This document shows, one piece after another, positions 18,256 through 28,086 of a DNA stretch of 42,231 nucleotides; positions within the stretch are counted from its first letter, which is position 1; each line of letters starts with the position of its first letter. Source of the DNA: Candidatus Lindowbacteria bacterium RIFCSPLOWO2_12_FULL_62_27 (GTDB taxonomy: Bacteria; Lindowbacteria; 2-12-FULL-62-27); NCBI GenBank assembly GCA_001784175.1, contig MFPR01000035.1:1-42231 (forward strand). Reading direction: 5' to 3'. Position numbers and translations under genes: made by a program. The notes under the pieces are model-generated. The model had not been told where the DNA came from, searched no databases, and saw only the letters and a program-made list of their open reading frames with translations.

Positions 18256-21200
18256 GCCGGGTCACCCGCTTTTTGGATTTGGGGGTGGACGCATTCCGAG
18301 CGGGCATCGCCTCTGACTCCTCGTCGAGGACATCGGCTTCTGGCGGTCTTTTCAAAGAAAGGAATTTCGCAGCCGACCCGCCAGCCGCTTCCAGCTTCTT
18401 TTCATTTAGGGAGAAGAAATTCTCTCCACAGACCGGCCTGAAAGCACAATACTGGCAATCATCTTTATCGGGAGTCCGGGGGAATGAATTCTCATCCAAC
18501 AGGCCTGCGGCCAGGGAGAGCCATTCCCGTCCATGTTTCAACAGCGCGGCGAAGTCTTCCCGCAAAAAAGCGCGTGAAGCGGCCCCGCGCGGGTAGAAGT
18601 ATTCGGCGCCCGCCGGCGACGGGATGCCTTTCTCCTTCGCCAGTTTAGTCAGCGCCAGAGAATACACGGCCAATTGCACGTCCCTGACCGGATCGGGCGG
18701 CTCATTCTCCTTGCGGACATGCGCCCGGCCCGTCTTGAAGTCGCGTACAAAAGATTTTCCATCGACGATGTCGACGCGGTCGATGTAGCCCTTGAACGGA
18801 AGGCCCGCCAAATCCAGTGCGTGGTCGGCACCGAATGGTTCTTCGATGCAAGCGATACGGACTTGCGGCTCACGCTCCCATTCGTAGCGAATGATAGAGT
18901 CGATATCGGCGTCGAGCCTCTCGCGCTGGGCCATCCTGAAATCTTTGCCGACGAGGGGGTAAAACCGGATGAGTTCCTCAAACTGTCGATGGCCCTCTTG
19001 CTGGGCGGTGGTGATCCACATCTTCAGCGTCTGACGATGCGCATAAAAATCCTCGCCGTTCTTCGTGAAAAACGATTCCATGACGGAGTGAAAGAGTTTG
19101 CCGAAGGTAAGCGCGTCCAGCGCATTCGTTTCGGGCAGGGTTGGCGGTTCCTCCCATCCAAGCAACTTTTCATAAAGGAACTTGTGCGGACAGGTCAGCA
19201 GAGTTCCCAGAGACGAAGCGGACATTTTTTTGGGTCTGGGGCATTTTTCGCGCAGTAATCCATCGAGCGGGCCGGGGCGGGTTGATGCATCCGCATCCAG
19301 AAATTCTCCAATATCTTTGGACGATGGCCTTGCGACCAGCATTTTGAAACCTTCTGCGCGCTCCAACATGCCGGGGCCGAAATAATCCCGCCGCACGGAC
19401 GATGCGCGCAGGTATTTGGGATCAAATTTGCCGGTCTCGACATTCGGCCGGCGCAGTGCCGCAGCGATATCCAGGAACAGACTGGACGGCTCATGGACAG
19501 TCCCATCCAGCGTCTGCCGGGGGGCGCTGAACGACACGTGCACTCCAGCGTGATTGACGTTGCGATGGATGTTCTGAATGGAAATGCGCGGGAGATGGGC
19601 AGACAGGCGTATCGGGCGGTCGAGGAGTTCTCGATCTGTGTCCGGCAGAAGCGGATCGTCCGAGGCCGCACCTCCGACCGCGCCTTCCGCCAAACCCATG
19701 ATACGGACAGCGTCAAAGGGAATCCCGGCGGCTCGGTCCGGCGTTCCGATAAAAATATTCGCCTCGCCAAATCGCCCGACCGCCCGCCTGAGCGATTCAA
19801 GCCTACGCCGGATGACTTTGAGCGCGTCATATCCCTGCCGGTCAAGCGAAAGAAAAGGGCGGAGCGATTCATCGAGGTCACCCAGCGCGTCCGAATCGTC
19901 ATAGACAATGACGTGTTGTTCCCAGAATGTTTTCATGGCCGTCCAGATGAGACCCAGCGGTTCTTCGCGGGAGACTTGTATCGCAAGGCCAGTCAGCGCG
20001 CGGACAGCAGGGAGAACCGCCTTCATCGAGTCGCAGTAACGCTCGGCCTCCCGCGCTTCATGCTGTTGTCGATCCGGCACATCCTTGAGACCGACATATT
20101 TCTCCAAATGCGCGATGCGGCGTTCGAATCCTGGTGCCCATTCGGCGGCGCTTTCGGGGCGGACAGGCGAACCGCCAAGCGTTCCACAGACCCAGACAAT
20201 ATCCCGGGATTCAGCGTGGGACAGATGGCGGCGTTCGAACTTGCCGACTGGCCTGTCGAATTTGAGGAACGGCAGGACGTGAAAGAATTCATCAACGCGC
20301 AAACCAGTGGTGAGAGCATCGATCAATGTCTTCATCCGGCGGCCAAACGGCATGTCGATAACGGGTAAACCTCCTGCGACATGAACGGGAATTTCAGAAC
20401 CGGGCCATGGCAGACGGGCAAGACGACCGTGGAGCATGGCGGCCAGCGGGTCGGATTCGGGCACAATGATGGCGATCCGTTCTAGAGGAACACCGGCAAC
20501 GATCCGGTCGCTCACCCAATCGACCGCCGCCTCGATCTCCTCCGCGACGCCCGAGTGCAATTCCGTCTGGACCGTGCCGTCAGATCCTCTGGAAACGGGC
20601 CGGCCGGAACGCGCAAGTTCCCTGGGATCGGCGAAAAGATAACGTTTGAGAATTGATATCTCATCCCGCTTGGAATCCTCTTTTTGCAGGTCCCCGGCCG
20701 GGAGACCGCCGAGGCGCCGGGCCAATTGCTCTATGCGCGCCTCATCCTCCGGGTATCGCGGGTTGGCGGTAAGGAACGCCGCATTTATATTCGGAAGGGA
20801 AGACAAGAACTCCAGCTCCGATTCCTCCGGCTCGCGAAGGAGACACGCGAATACGCTTCCGGCTGACGAGGCTGCGACTTTCCCCGCTTTGCGGAGAATC
20901 TTGTGGCGGTCGGCATATGGATGTTTGAGGGCGTCGAGAACGGTTGCGAGGTCGAGAAATCTGCCGCGGGATATCTGATCCGGTGCGGACTTGGCCGCGG
21001 CCCGGAGGGCGGAGCTGTCTATTCCCGCGGAACGTAGATCGTCAAACGTCCTCGCGAACGCATCCGCGAATCCCGCACCGGTGCGAAGTTGTTCGATATC
21101 GAAATATTTCAATTTGCCTTCAAGGGTGGAACCGTCGAAAAGTTCCTCCAGCATGACAGGCTCGACGTCCTCGGCGCCCGGTCGAGCCGGATTTCCAGCG

Positions 21201-21415
21201 AGAAGCAGCATATCCGCCGCGAGGCCAACAGGGCACACGAATCGCGTGCCGATGAGGAGATTGCGCCAATCTGGGTTGGCCGCGATCTCGCGCCGAAACG
21301 CCTGGGTGATGCGTTCAGCCGGCACAAGGACAGTTCTAACCGGCGAGGCCGATTTCAGCGCGATGCCGGCCCAGGTTCGAACCATTTCATGGAAACGGGT
21401 TACGAGATACAGCAT
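18245..21415 (-). CDS. addB: AddB-like inactive helicase scaffold with PD-(D/E)XK nuclease and Fe-S cluster cysteines
   Basis: SASSL..LLTCPHKF, KGYIDRVD, RDFKTG, QLAVY, CQYCAFRPVC; overlaps the addA-like start. Confidence 0.88.
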   Translation of the reverse strand: MLYLVTRFHEMVRTWAGIALKSASPVRTVLVPAERITQAFRREIAANPDWRNLLIGTRFVCPVGLAADMLLLAGNPARPGAEDVEPVMLEELFDGSTLEGKLKYFDIEQLRTGAGFADAFARTFDDLRSAGIDSSALRAAAKSAPDQISRGRFLDLATVLDALKHPYADRHKILRKAGKVAASSAGSVFACLLREPEESELEFLSSLPNINAAFLTANPRYPEDEARIEQLARRLGGLPAGDLQKEDSKRDEISILKRYLFADPRELARSGRPVSRGSDGTVQTELHSGVAEEIEAAVDWVSDRIVAGVPLERIAIIVPESDPLAAMLHGRLARLPWPGSEIPVHVAGGLPVIDMPFGRRMKTLIDALTTGLRVDEFFHVLPFLKFDRPVGKFERRHLSHAESRDIVWVCGTLGGSPVRPESAAEWAPGFERRIAHLEKYVGLKDVPDRQQHEAREAERYCDSMKAVLPAVRALTGLAIQVSREEPLGLIWTAMKTFWEQHVIVYDDSDALGDLDESLRPFLSLDRQGYDALKVIRRRLESLRRAVGRFGEANIFIGTPDRAAGIPFDAVRIMGLAEGAVGGAASDDPLLPDTDRELLDRPIRLSAHLPRISIQNIHRNVNHAGVHVSFSAPRQTLDGTVHEPSSLFLDIAAALRRPNVETGKFDPKYLRASSVRRDYFGPGMLERAEGFKMLVARPSSKDIGEFLDADASTRPGPLDGLLREKCPRPKKMSASSLGTLLTCPHKFLYEKLLGWEEPPTLPETNALDALTFGKLFHSVMESFFTKNGEDFYAHRQTLKMWITTAQQEGHRQFEELIRFYPLVGKDFRMAQRERLDADIDSIIRYEWEREPQVRIACIEEPFGADHALDLAGLPFKGYIDRVDIVDGKSFVRDFKTGRAHVRKENEPPDPVRDVQLAVYSLALTKLAKEKGIPSPAGAEYFYPRGAASRAFLREDFAALLKHGREWLSLAAGLLDENSFPRTPDKDDCQYCAFRPVCGENFFSLNEKKLEAAGGSAAKFLSLKRPPEADVLDEESEAMPARNASTPKSKKRVTRRAG

Positions 21416-21496
21416 ATCGGCATCACCTCAACACTCCTTCCCGGATGGCTTCCACCAGTGCATGGATATATATCATTGCCGACTCGTAGGGCACCT

Positions 21497-21730
21497 TTAT
21501 TCATCGTCTGCTTCGGCGTCTTCGCTGTCTGCCTTCTTCCACGCGTCCGGGTATTCCATAATCCGGGTCTTAGATTCCTTGGAAAGAAAATCCATATATG
21601 CCTTCTCTGACTGTGCACGGTCCTTCTTCGTCTCAATGTGCGCTTTGATCTCCTTTTGATTGCTCTTCAGGCGCGCATTCCCGGATTTGATGTTGGTTGT
21701 GTTCCTTTTCCGTTGTGGTTGACGCGCCAT
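21497..21730 (-). CDS. Small charged hypothetical protein
   Basis: GGGGGAG RBS, 77 aa, collinear with neighbours. Confidence 0.6.
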   Translation of the reverse strand: MARQPQRKRNTTNIKSGNARLKSNQKEIKAHIETKKDRAQSEKAYMDFLSKESKTRIMEYPDAWKKADSEDAEADDE

Positions 21731-21744
21731 CCTTGCTCCCCCCT

Positions 21745-22032
21745 TTATGCGTTCGGTTGTGCCCGGAACCGGCGGGAAAGATCATGGAATATCTCCCCTT
21801 TTTTGATCTTTGCATCGACAAGCCGTCGAACGGTTTTCAAATCGCCGGCGGTTGTGACATCGTCGGGGTGGATGCGATAAACGGTCACGCGGGGCATATT
21901 ATTCTTCGTCCATTCCAATTCATGAACGAACGCTATCAAGCTGTTCCCCATCGCCCGCTTCAGGTCGTGAATCTCAATACCATGACCCAATCCCTGAGGA
22001 ACGGCTTCCCACTCAACCCATTCGATTTTCAA
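21745..22032 (-). CDS. Hypothetical protein
   Basis: AGGGGTG RBS before TTG, 95 aa, protein-like sequence. Confidence 0.6.
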   Translation of the reverse strand: MKIEWVEWEAVPQGLGHGIEIHDLKRAMGNSLIAFVHELEWTKNNMPRVTVYRIHPDDVTTAGDLKTVRRLVDAKIKKGEIFHDLSRRFRAQPNA

Positions 22033-22084
22033 GATTCAGTCACCCCTTTGAATTCATGAAGCATAATCATCGTTGATAACTCGC

Positions 22085-22345
22085 TTAGTCGTATATCGTG
22101 GCCAGATCATCAACCAGTCCCTTCGTCATCCTTAGAATCCCCCGCTTTTCATTTTTCGGGGTACTTACCTTAATCGCCTTGAGCACATCGATGACATCCA
22201 TGCGATCCTTGGTCTCCAATCGGTCTATTCTGAGATTATCCCACTCCGACACGGTTATCTTTCCTTTGAGTACGTCGGGTAGATTCATCTCGGAATTCTT
22301 TGTGACCATTTTATAGGATGCCAGCCAGGCGATTCTCGCGGGCAT
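22085..22345 (-). CDS. Hypothetical protein or C-terminal gene fragment
   Basis: Protein-like 86 aa with no clear RBS; the frame is open back to the upstream gene end. Confidence 0.4.
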   Translation of the reverse strand: MPARIAWLASYKMVTKNSEMNLPDVLKGKITVSEWDNLRIDRLETKDRMDVIDVLKAIKVSTPKNEKRGILRMTKGLVDDLATIYD

Positions 22346-22387
22346 GGCGTGAACGTTTGGCGAGAATACGTTGATACGTAAATGTCA

Positions 22388-24109
22388 TCACGTTGCCCGT
22401 TCACCTCTTTTTTTCCTCACCGTTTCGTTCAAATCGTGTAGGCGCTTCCCACTCTTCGTTTGCCAGTAGAGCGGCCCCGCCACCCCATGCTCGTCTGTCT
22501 TAAGCCCATGTTTCATTAAAAGCCTTTTCGCAAGCTCGGAAATTGAATAATCCTTCCCCTCGTATCTGAGGCGATTGGACTTGGAAACGATATTTGCCTG
22601 CTCTTGTTCGAATTTCTTCTTGTGGAAGAAATATAGTGGCTCGCCGTCGAAAATAAGCCCCAGTTCCACGAGTTCGCTTAACGTGACTACTCTGCCGCGC
22701 CCAGAGATTAATGGTATCGCGAAGTCTTCAATATGCTCGGCTTGAATGACCTCCTCAATAACCTTGAAAGTTTCTCTGTGAGCTTTTAAAACCGCCTTGG
22801 CAAGAGCAATAAATTTTCCGTCAGGTGCGGTGGAGGGATTTGCGAGGGCTGAGTCTGCAGTCGTCGAACGAAATTTCTCTCTCAACTCAAGAAGCGTTCT
22901 ATTGTAACTATCGGAATCGGGAGTATTTACTTTGAACCTGTCCCATCCACGACATACCCGCCCCCCCAATATCTCCTTCGCCGCGGATGAAGGAGCCTCA
23001 AAAACATGTTCATTGACTTTTATCCCACCGTCCACAACTTCGACCTCCTTTTCGACATCTCCTCTCTTGTAGATAAGGCGGTCGCCCACACGAAGCAATT
23101 TGGCGTCAATTAAATCAATGATGGAAACCAGAGATGTACCATGGGCTTCAACACTACTTTTCGGTGCGTCCTCACCGTCTACTCTGATTTGAGTAAGCAG
23201 GTTCAGAGGCGATATTTTATATTGCTTCTTATAATGCTCCTCCTTGCGCATAATTTCCTCCACCCATTTGCTTTCAGCGGGAGATATAGCAATCCTCCCG
23301 AATCCGGCATCACTTGGCGACGAAGCGAGATTACGAAGAAACTCTTGGATGATTTCACTTCCTTGGGACGAGAGAGACGGGTGCATGGCACAGGGCTTAA
23401 GCAGCTCATCTACGAGTTGTTGATAACTGAACGTTATGAAATCAGGCGACATGGCCCGGCGCCCTTGGGATTCTTTTCCTTCGGCATCGGGGCTCAAAAA
23501 TAGGAGCGCCCGGTACAATTTGTCTGCCCGACTACATTCGGGTTCGTCGAACAGACGTCCATCTCGGGAATCTTTGTGCTTATCCTCCAAGACATATTCT
23601 GCGTACTTGATTGTCTGATCTTTGGACTCTTTAGCTTTCACCTTGTTTTCACAAATGAAAAGTAGCCTTGAATGCTCGTTGTTCATTTCCATTTCTGCGG
23701 CGATGCAAACGTCGAAGCTCAGTTTGTTATTTCGCGTGTTTGAGAGATGCACAGTCAATTCACTCTGTTGTTCGGTACTTTGAGAGTCTGGCCACACCCG
23801 GCATCGGATAAGTTTCGCCTCGACGATGTATTCCAAGGGGGGAAGATGGATCCGCGCGCGCTTCTGTATGTCATCTCCATCATCCAATGACATGGCAATA
23901 AGCAACTGCCGAAAAGGGAAATCGCCAAGTTTGTGGCTGCCTTGGGGATTTAACAACCATGCGAGAAATGCAGAATGCCAGCGTTCCAAGTGTGTTGTGC
24001 CGAGGATCGAAAGAAATCCCGTAGACTTTAGATTATTCTCGATTGAGAGAAATGCCGGGTCGACCAAGAGGTCGCAGAGCTGTTTGATGTTTCTGATTTC
24101 TTCGTCCAT
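22388..24109 (-). CDS. PD-(D/E)XK nuclease with two C-terminal RAMA (DUF4357)-like domains
   Basis: ERWHSAFLAWLLNPQGSHKLGD, FDV, ICENKVKAKESKDQ..Y; repeats IIDLIDAKLLRVGDRL..F.APSSAA..GWDRF and LSELVELGLIFDGEPL..YSISELA..GPLYW. Confidence 0.8.
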   Translation of the reverse strand: MDEEIRNIKQLCDLLVDPAFLSIENNLKSTGFLSILGTTHLERWHSAFLAWLLNPQGSHKLGDFPFRQLLIAMSLDDGDDIQKRARIHLPPLEYIVEAKLIRCRVWPDSQSTEQQSELTVHLSNTRNNKLSFDVCIAAEMEMNNEHSRLLFICENKVKAKESKDQTIKYAEYVLEDKHKDSRDGRLFDEPECSRADKLYRALLFLSPDAEGKESQGRRAMSPDFITFSYQQLVDELLKPCAMHPSLSSQGSEIIQEFLRNLASSPSDAGFGRIAISPAESKWVEEIMRKEEHYKKQYKISPLNLLTQIRVDGEDAPKSSVEAHGTSLVSIIDLIDAKLLRVGDRLIYKRGDVEKEVEVVDGGIKVNEHVFEAPSSAAKEILGGRVCRGWDRFKVNTPDSDSYNRTLLELREKFRSTTADSALANPSTAPDGKFIALAKAVLKAHRETFKVIEEVIQAEHIEDFAIPLISGRGRVVTLSELVELGLIFDGEPLYFFHKKKFEQEQANIVSKSNRLRYEGKDYSISELAKRLLMKHGLKTDEHGVAGPLYWQTKSGKRLHDLNETVRKKRGERAT

Positions 24110-24184
24110 GGTTTATATCACCTCAATGTGTATTCGACTTCGAACTACCAATGCAATTTACCTGATACCATCCGGCGATGGCGC

Positions 24185-24694
24185 TTATAAGGGGGATGAT
24201 ATCCGTTCCCGCAGTATAGCCATCGCCCGGAGAAGATCGTCGGGTCGTTCTCTCGTGTTCACCTCAATCCATCTGTCCAGGAGTCCGTGTTCTGTCAGCC
24301 ATGCCTTCTCGGCTGCAATGGGCGCATCGTCCAGCCAGAAGAAATCTCCAAACAACGCCTCCGTCTTGAGGGTCACAAACCTCGTCGGGCGTATTTTCGA
24401 AAGCATCCCGAGTACGTCATCGGCGCCGTACGGACGGATAAGATCCACAACCGCTGAGGCAATCCCTTGGCAATGCGTGGTCAGCCAGTAGCATTCAAAG
24501 TTGGTGAGCGCAAACTCGAGAAACTCCCGAACGTGTTTCGCCCGAACGACCTCCGCCGAATGGGTGTCGCATTTGCCCAACAAAACGCCGTCCACGTCCA
24601 GAAACAGGTTCCATCGCCGAGGCTCCGGTTTCACGCCGGATAATATGTTTTGACAGTCAGAGTCGCTATCCGTCATTGGTTTCCTCTCCATCAC
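24185..24694 (-). CDS. HAD-superfamily hydrolase
   Basis: LFLDVDGVL, YWLTTH, KT, FFWLDD. Confidence 0.8.
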   Translation of the reverse strand: MMERKPMTDSDSDCQNILSGVKPEPRRWNLFLDVDGVLLGKCDTHSAEVVRAKHVREFLEFALTNFECYWLTTHCQGIASAVVDLIRPYGADDVLGMLSKIRPTRFVTLKTEALFGDFFWLDDAPIAAEKAWLTEHGLLDRWIEVNTRERPDDLLRAMAILRERISSPL

Positions 24695-24732
24695 CCGACT
24701 CCAACCGAGGTTATGATTTCACTTGCTTGCTG

Positions 24733-25614
24733 TCAGTATGTATCGTCCCCAGTCACCCATATGTAAGATTGTATATCGATCATATCGCGTGGGTTCAGTC
24801 CGGCTGAGACGAGTTCATCTTTGACGATTCGCGCGAATTTTAGAAGACAACTGTACGTCAGCCAGTTCGGCTCAGACTTATAATTCAGCTGATAGCCGCG
24901 CCGTTCTGCCGCTTGGTTTGTCACCTCCGGTTTCAAAAATAGATGGTTGCCGGGCATGGCGATGAAAGGGAAAAATGTTTGGATGGGCCATTTGACGGTG
25001 GAGGATTTGGGCTGCGGAAGTGCCTCCAGAGTGCCGGTGAAACGGTCGAATCTATTCTCAAATCCATCATCTCCATAGATCAAATCATACAGTCCTCGAC
25101 AGAACGTCTTGGCGGCCGCAGACGTCTTCAGGGCATCCCGCAACGGCATCTTTTCGTACGGGGAAAGAAGATTGGTTTTTGCCTCAACGGCAAGGGCGCG
25201 GACGACTATTTCTTCCCACTCCTCATTAGAAAGCAACCGGGTGTACTCCTCACGATTGAGAGAATCATTCCATAGACAATGTGCAGTCCATTTATAATCT
25301 CTTTCCTTTGAGGTGTATGAGGGAGCGTCAAACCCGTCCTTAAAAATATTCCGAAATTTTTGCATGGCGGCCGGTGCGGTCAGGTGGTCTTTCCTCCGCG
25401 CCAACTCCAAGTCCAGATTCACAAGCCACGCAGGTGCCTCGGATTCGTGAATCAACTCCATATGTACCTTGTCCGTTGATATTTTTTTCCTGGGTCGATC
25501 CACATCATCGGAGAAGAAGACTTCCACAATGTTGTGATGCGGAACACTCAATATCTTGCCAACTCCCAGCTTGGAATGCCGCACGAAGTGACCCGGTTGA
25601 TACCTGACAGGCAT
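24733..25614 (-). CDS. DUF3553-like SH3/Tudor N-terminus plus helical domain, possibly restriction-associated
   Basis: YQPGHFVRHSKLGVGKI..VEVFF; ERDYKW..KTNLLS..KWPIQT..HLFLKP..PRDMIDIQSYIW; GGAG/GAGGTG upstream of ATG 25614. Confidence 0.7.
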   Translation of the reverse strand: MPVRYQPGHFVRHSKLGVGKILSVPHHNIVEVFFSDDVDRPRKKISTDKVHMELIHESEAPAWLVNLDLELARRKDHLTAPAAMQKFRNIFKDGFDAPSYTSKERDYKWTAHCLWNDSLNREEYTRLLSNEEWEEIVVRALAVEAKTNLLSPYEKMPLRDALKTSAAAKTFCRGLYDLIYGDDGFENRFDRFTGTLEALPQPKSSTVKWPIQTFFPFIAMPGNHLFLKPEVTNQAAERRGYQLNYKSEPNWLTYSCLLKFARIVKDELVSAGLNPRDMIDIQSYIWVTGDDTY

Positions 25615-26170
25615 CACCTCAGCACTCCTTGCCGCTATTGGCTGTCGCACCGGTCTCTACAATTTCACCCATCAATGTTGATAAAAAAGAAAACAGACGA
25701 TGTTTTTTTTCTTTGTCTCCGAATAATGTTAGGTTCGTAGATGGGTATTGATCTTTCTTCGATGTCAGCTTTAGCCCGAGAATATGTTCCAGCCTACTGC
25801 GTACTTCTGTAATCCGTCTTTCGTCCCAGCCTAATTTTTTCAACGCAATTAGGTAGAACCAGGCCCGGTCAGTAACATGGAGTATGGATTCTTCCGACCC
25901 CTTGAGATCAATCATCATTGTCTTCGAGCCAAACCTAATCTTGCACAGTCCCTTCCCCTCAATTTCCTGTGCCCAATTCAGAAATGATTGCCGAATTGAT
26001 TTCAATGGTTCGTCGTCTACTAAATTAATCCATTCGTCCGCGTTGATACTTGCCCGTTGACTTTCTGAAAGGGTTTGCATGAGGCAAGCAGCTTTGACAT
26101 TACCACATGCGTAAATATCTCTTCCGAAGTCATATCGCCGCACTTCGACACAGGCCATTGGGAATTTATT

Positions 26171-27557
26171 GAGAAATTGTCAAATGTTGTGGATCGCATG
26201 ATCAAGCGGCGATCCTTTCTTGCTCCTGAAATTGAACTCCATCTATGAAACGAATACCGTCCCGAACGAGTGCAACGAGTTCGGGTGCGTGAACTTTGGA
26301 CCAGCGTTTCTGCGCCGACTCCAACAACTTGAAGGCCATCATCAGCCCGGCGGTCCGGGATCCGGCGCCTTTCGTCACGCGCGTGCGGAGTTTGACGGTG
26401 GCGAAGGCCGACTCGATGGGATTGGTCGTCCGCAGATGTTTCCAGTGCGCGGCCGGGAAATCGAAATGCACGGCCAGGGCCTTACGATCCTTGAGCAGAC
26501 ACTCGGTGGCCTTGGGATATTTCGCCTGATACTCGGCCTCGAAGCGATTTGTTTCCTTGCTGAAAGTTTCCCGATCCGGCGCGTTCATAATTTCATGCAA
26601 CAAACGCTTGGCTTGGGGCTGGAGACGTTTTGGAAGTTTGTCCAGGACGTTGGCGATTTTATGTACCCAGCAGCGGCTTTCTTTGGTCTGCGGCCAAACA
26701 TTGCGGACCGCGGCCCAGAAGCCGAGCGCGCCGTCGCCGACGGCCAAGACCGGTGCTTTCATGCGGCGGCGTTTCAAATCCCGCAACACGCTTGCCCAAG
26801 ACTCCGTTGATTCGCGATAGCCGTCTTCGATTGCGACCACTTCCTTGTCTCCTTCCCTCGTCACACCGACAATCACCAGAAGACAGAGATTTTCTTCTTC
26901 GAGGCGGATCGACAGATGAACGCCGTCAGCCCAGAGATAGACATAATCTTTCTGCGACAAATCGCGCCGGCGGAATGCTTCATATTCCGCCTCCCAGACT
27001 TTTTTCAGCCGCGTGATCGTGGTCGCCGACAGTCCTTTCGCCTCATCGCCGAACAGGGCGCTCAGCGCCTCTCCGAAAGCTCCGGTTGACAGACCTTTCA
27101 AATACAACAGCGGCAAGACCTCCGTGACGTTTGCCGATTTCCGCAGATACGGCGGTAACACCACGCTTCGGAATCGTTTTCCTTCTCGCCCGTCGACGAC
27201 ACGCGGCGCCTCAATCACCACTTCACCCGACCCCACCAGCACTTTCCGCGGGCGGCCATATCCGTTGCGGGTCACCAGCGCGCGGTCTTTTGCGTCGCGA
27301 TATTCCTTCAGTCGCTGGACGTATTCATCCGTCTCGGCCTCCAACGCCTCGACGATCATCCGGCGAGCACCGCACCGGGCCAGATCATCCAAACTGACTT
27401 GCACCTCTGGCGTTTCTTTCTTCCACGTTGTAACTTTGAACATCGGCGTTCCTCCTTCGCCCGGTTCGAGCCGGGTTTTTGATTTGACACTCCGGTCAAA
27501 TCGGAAGGATACGCCGCTTTTTTGTATCACTCAATCCACAACTTTCGGTTATATCTC
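26171..27557 (-). mobile_element. IS256-family insertion sequence, 1387 bp
   Basis: Imperfect TIRs gagaaattgtcaaatgttgtggat and gagatataaccgaaagttgtggat; 9-bp TSD gaatttatt at 26162-26170 and 27558-27566. Confidence 0.95.
26202..27443 (-). CDS. IS256-family DDE transposase
   Basis: RNGY, LYLKGLST, YLWADGV, GYRESTESW, VGDGALGFW, RCWVHK, RTTNPIES; AAGGAGG RBS before MFKVT. Confidence 0.96.
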   Translation of the reverse strand: MFKVTTWKKETPEVQVSLDDLARCGARRMIVEALEAETDEYVQRLKEYRDAKDRALVTRNGYGRPRKVLVGSGEVVIEAPRVVDGREGKRFRSVVLPPYLRKSANVTEVLPLLYLKGLSTGAFGEALSALFGDEAKGLSATTITRLKKVWEAEYEAFRRRDLSQKDYVYLWADGVHLSIRLEEENLCLLVIVGVTREGDKEVVAIEDGYRESTESWASVLRDLKRRRMKAPVLAVGDGALGFWAAVRNVWPQTKESRCWVHKIANVLDKLPKRLQPQAKRLLHEIMNAPDRETFSKETNRFEAEYQAKYPKATECLLKDRKALAVHFDFPAAHWKHLRTTNPIESAFATVKLRTRVTKGAGSRTAGLMMAFKLLESAQKRWSKVHAPELVALVRDGIRFIDGVQFQEQERIAA

Positions 27558-28086
27558 GAATTTATTCCGTCTAAGATAATCAACAAGAACAAGTGCACGT
27601 TCCTCGAAACGATTGGCCGCAACAATCAATATCGGTCCTCTTAAGTGGTTTCTTTCGATTCTACGTTTTATGGTTTTTTCCTCTATCTGTGCGTCTTGGG
27701 AAATTTTCGCCATTTTATAGGCATTTTTGAAAAGGTGGAACCAGCTTATCAACCCCGTTTGCTTGGCATGCTCATCTGCAATTTCAAGTATTCTCGAAGC
27801 GTTCCAACGACTTGTTATAAACGAGGCATATTCCTGTAACTGTGCAACGACCTCTCTCCTCTGCTCTGGATTCTGAACCAATTTACATTCTACGATCAAC
27901 AGGGTACCTGTATCGTCAAGAAAGAGAAGATCAAGCGATCCAATCCCCGCCAAGGGTACTTGCCTGCCGATGGGTACCGCGATCTGCGCCTTGGGGTTTA
28001 TGTCAGCTATGGGAATGACCGTGGGAGTTGATTCGATTAATTGTTCAAACTGCTCTTCTTCCCCACTCGTAAAAGGTTTTTCCTTT

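Noticed and set aside
18245-19220. Cas4 or CRISPR adaptation gene
   Set aside because: The Fe-S PD-(D/E)XK domain is the C-terminus of a 1056-aa AddB-like protein paired with an AddA-like gene; there is no cas1 or array.
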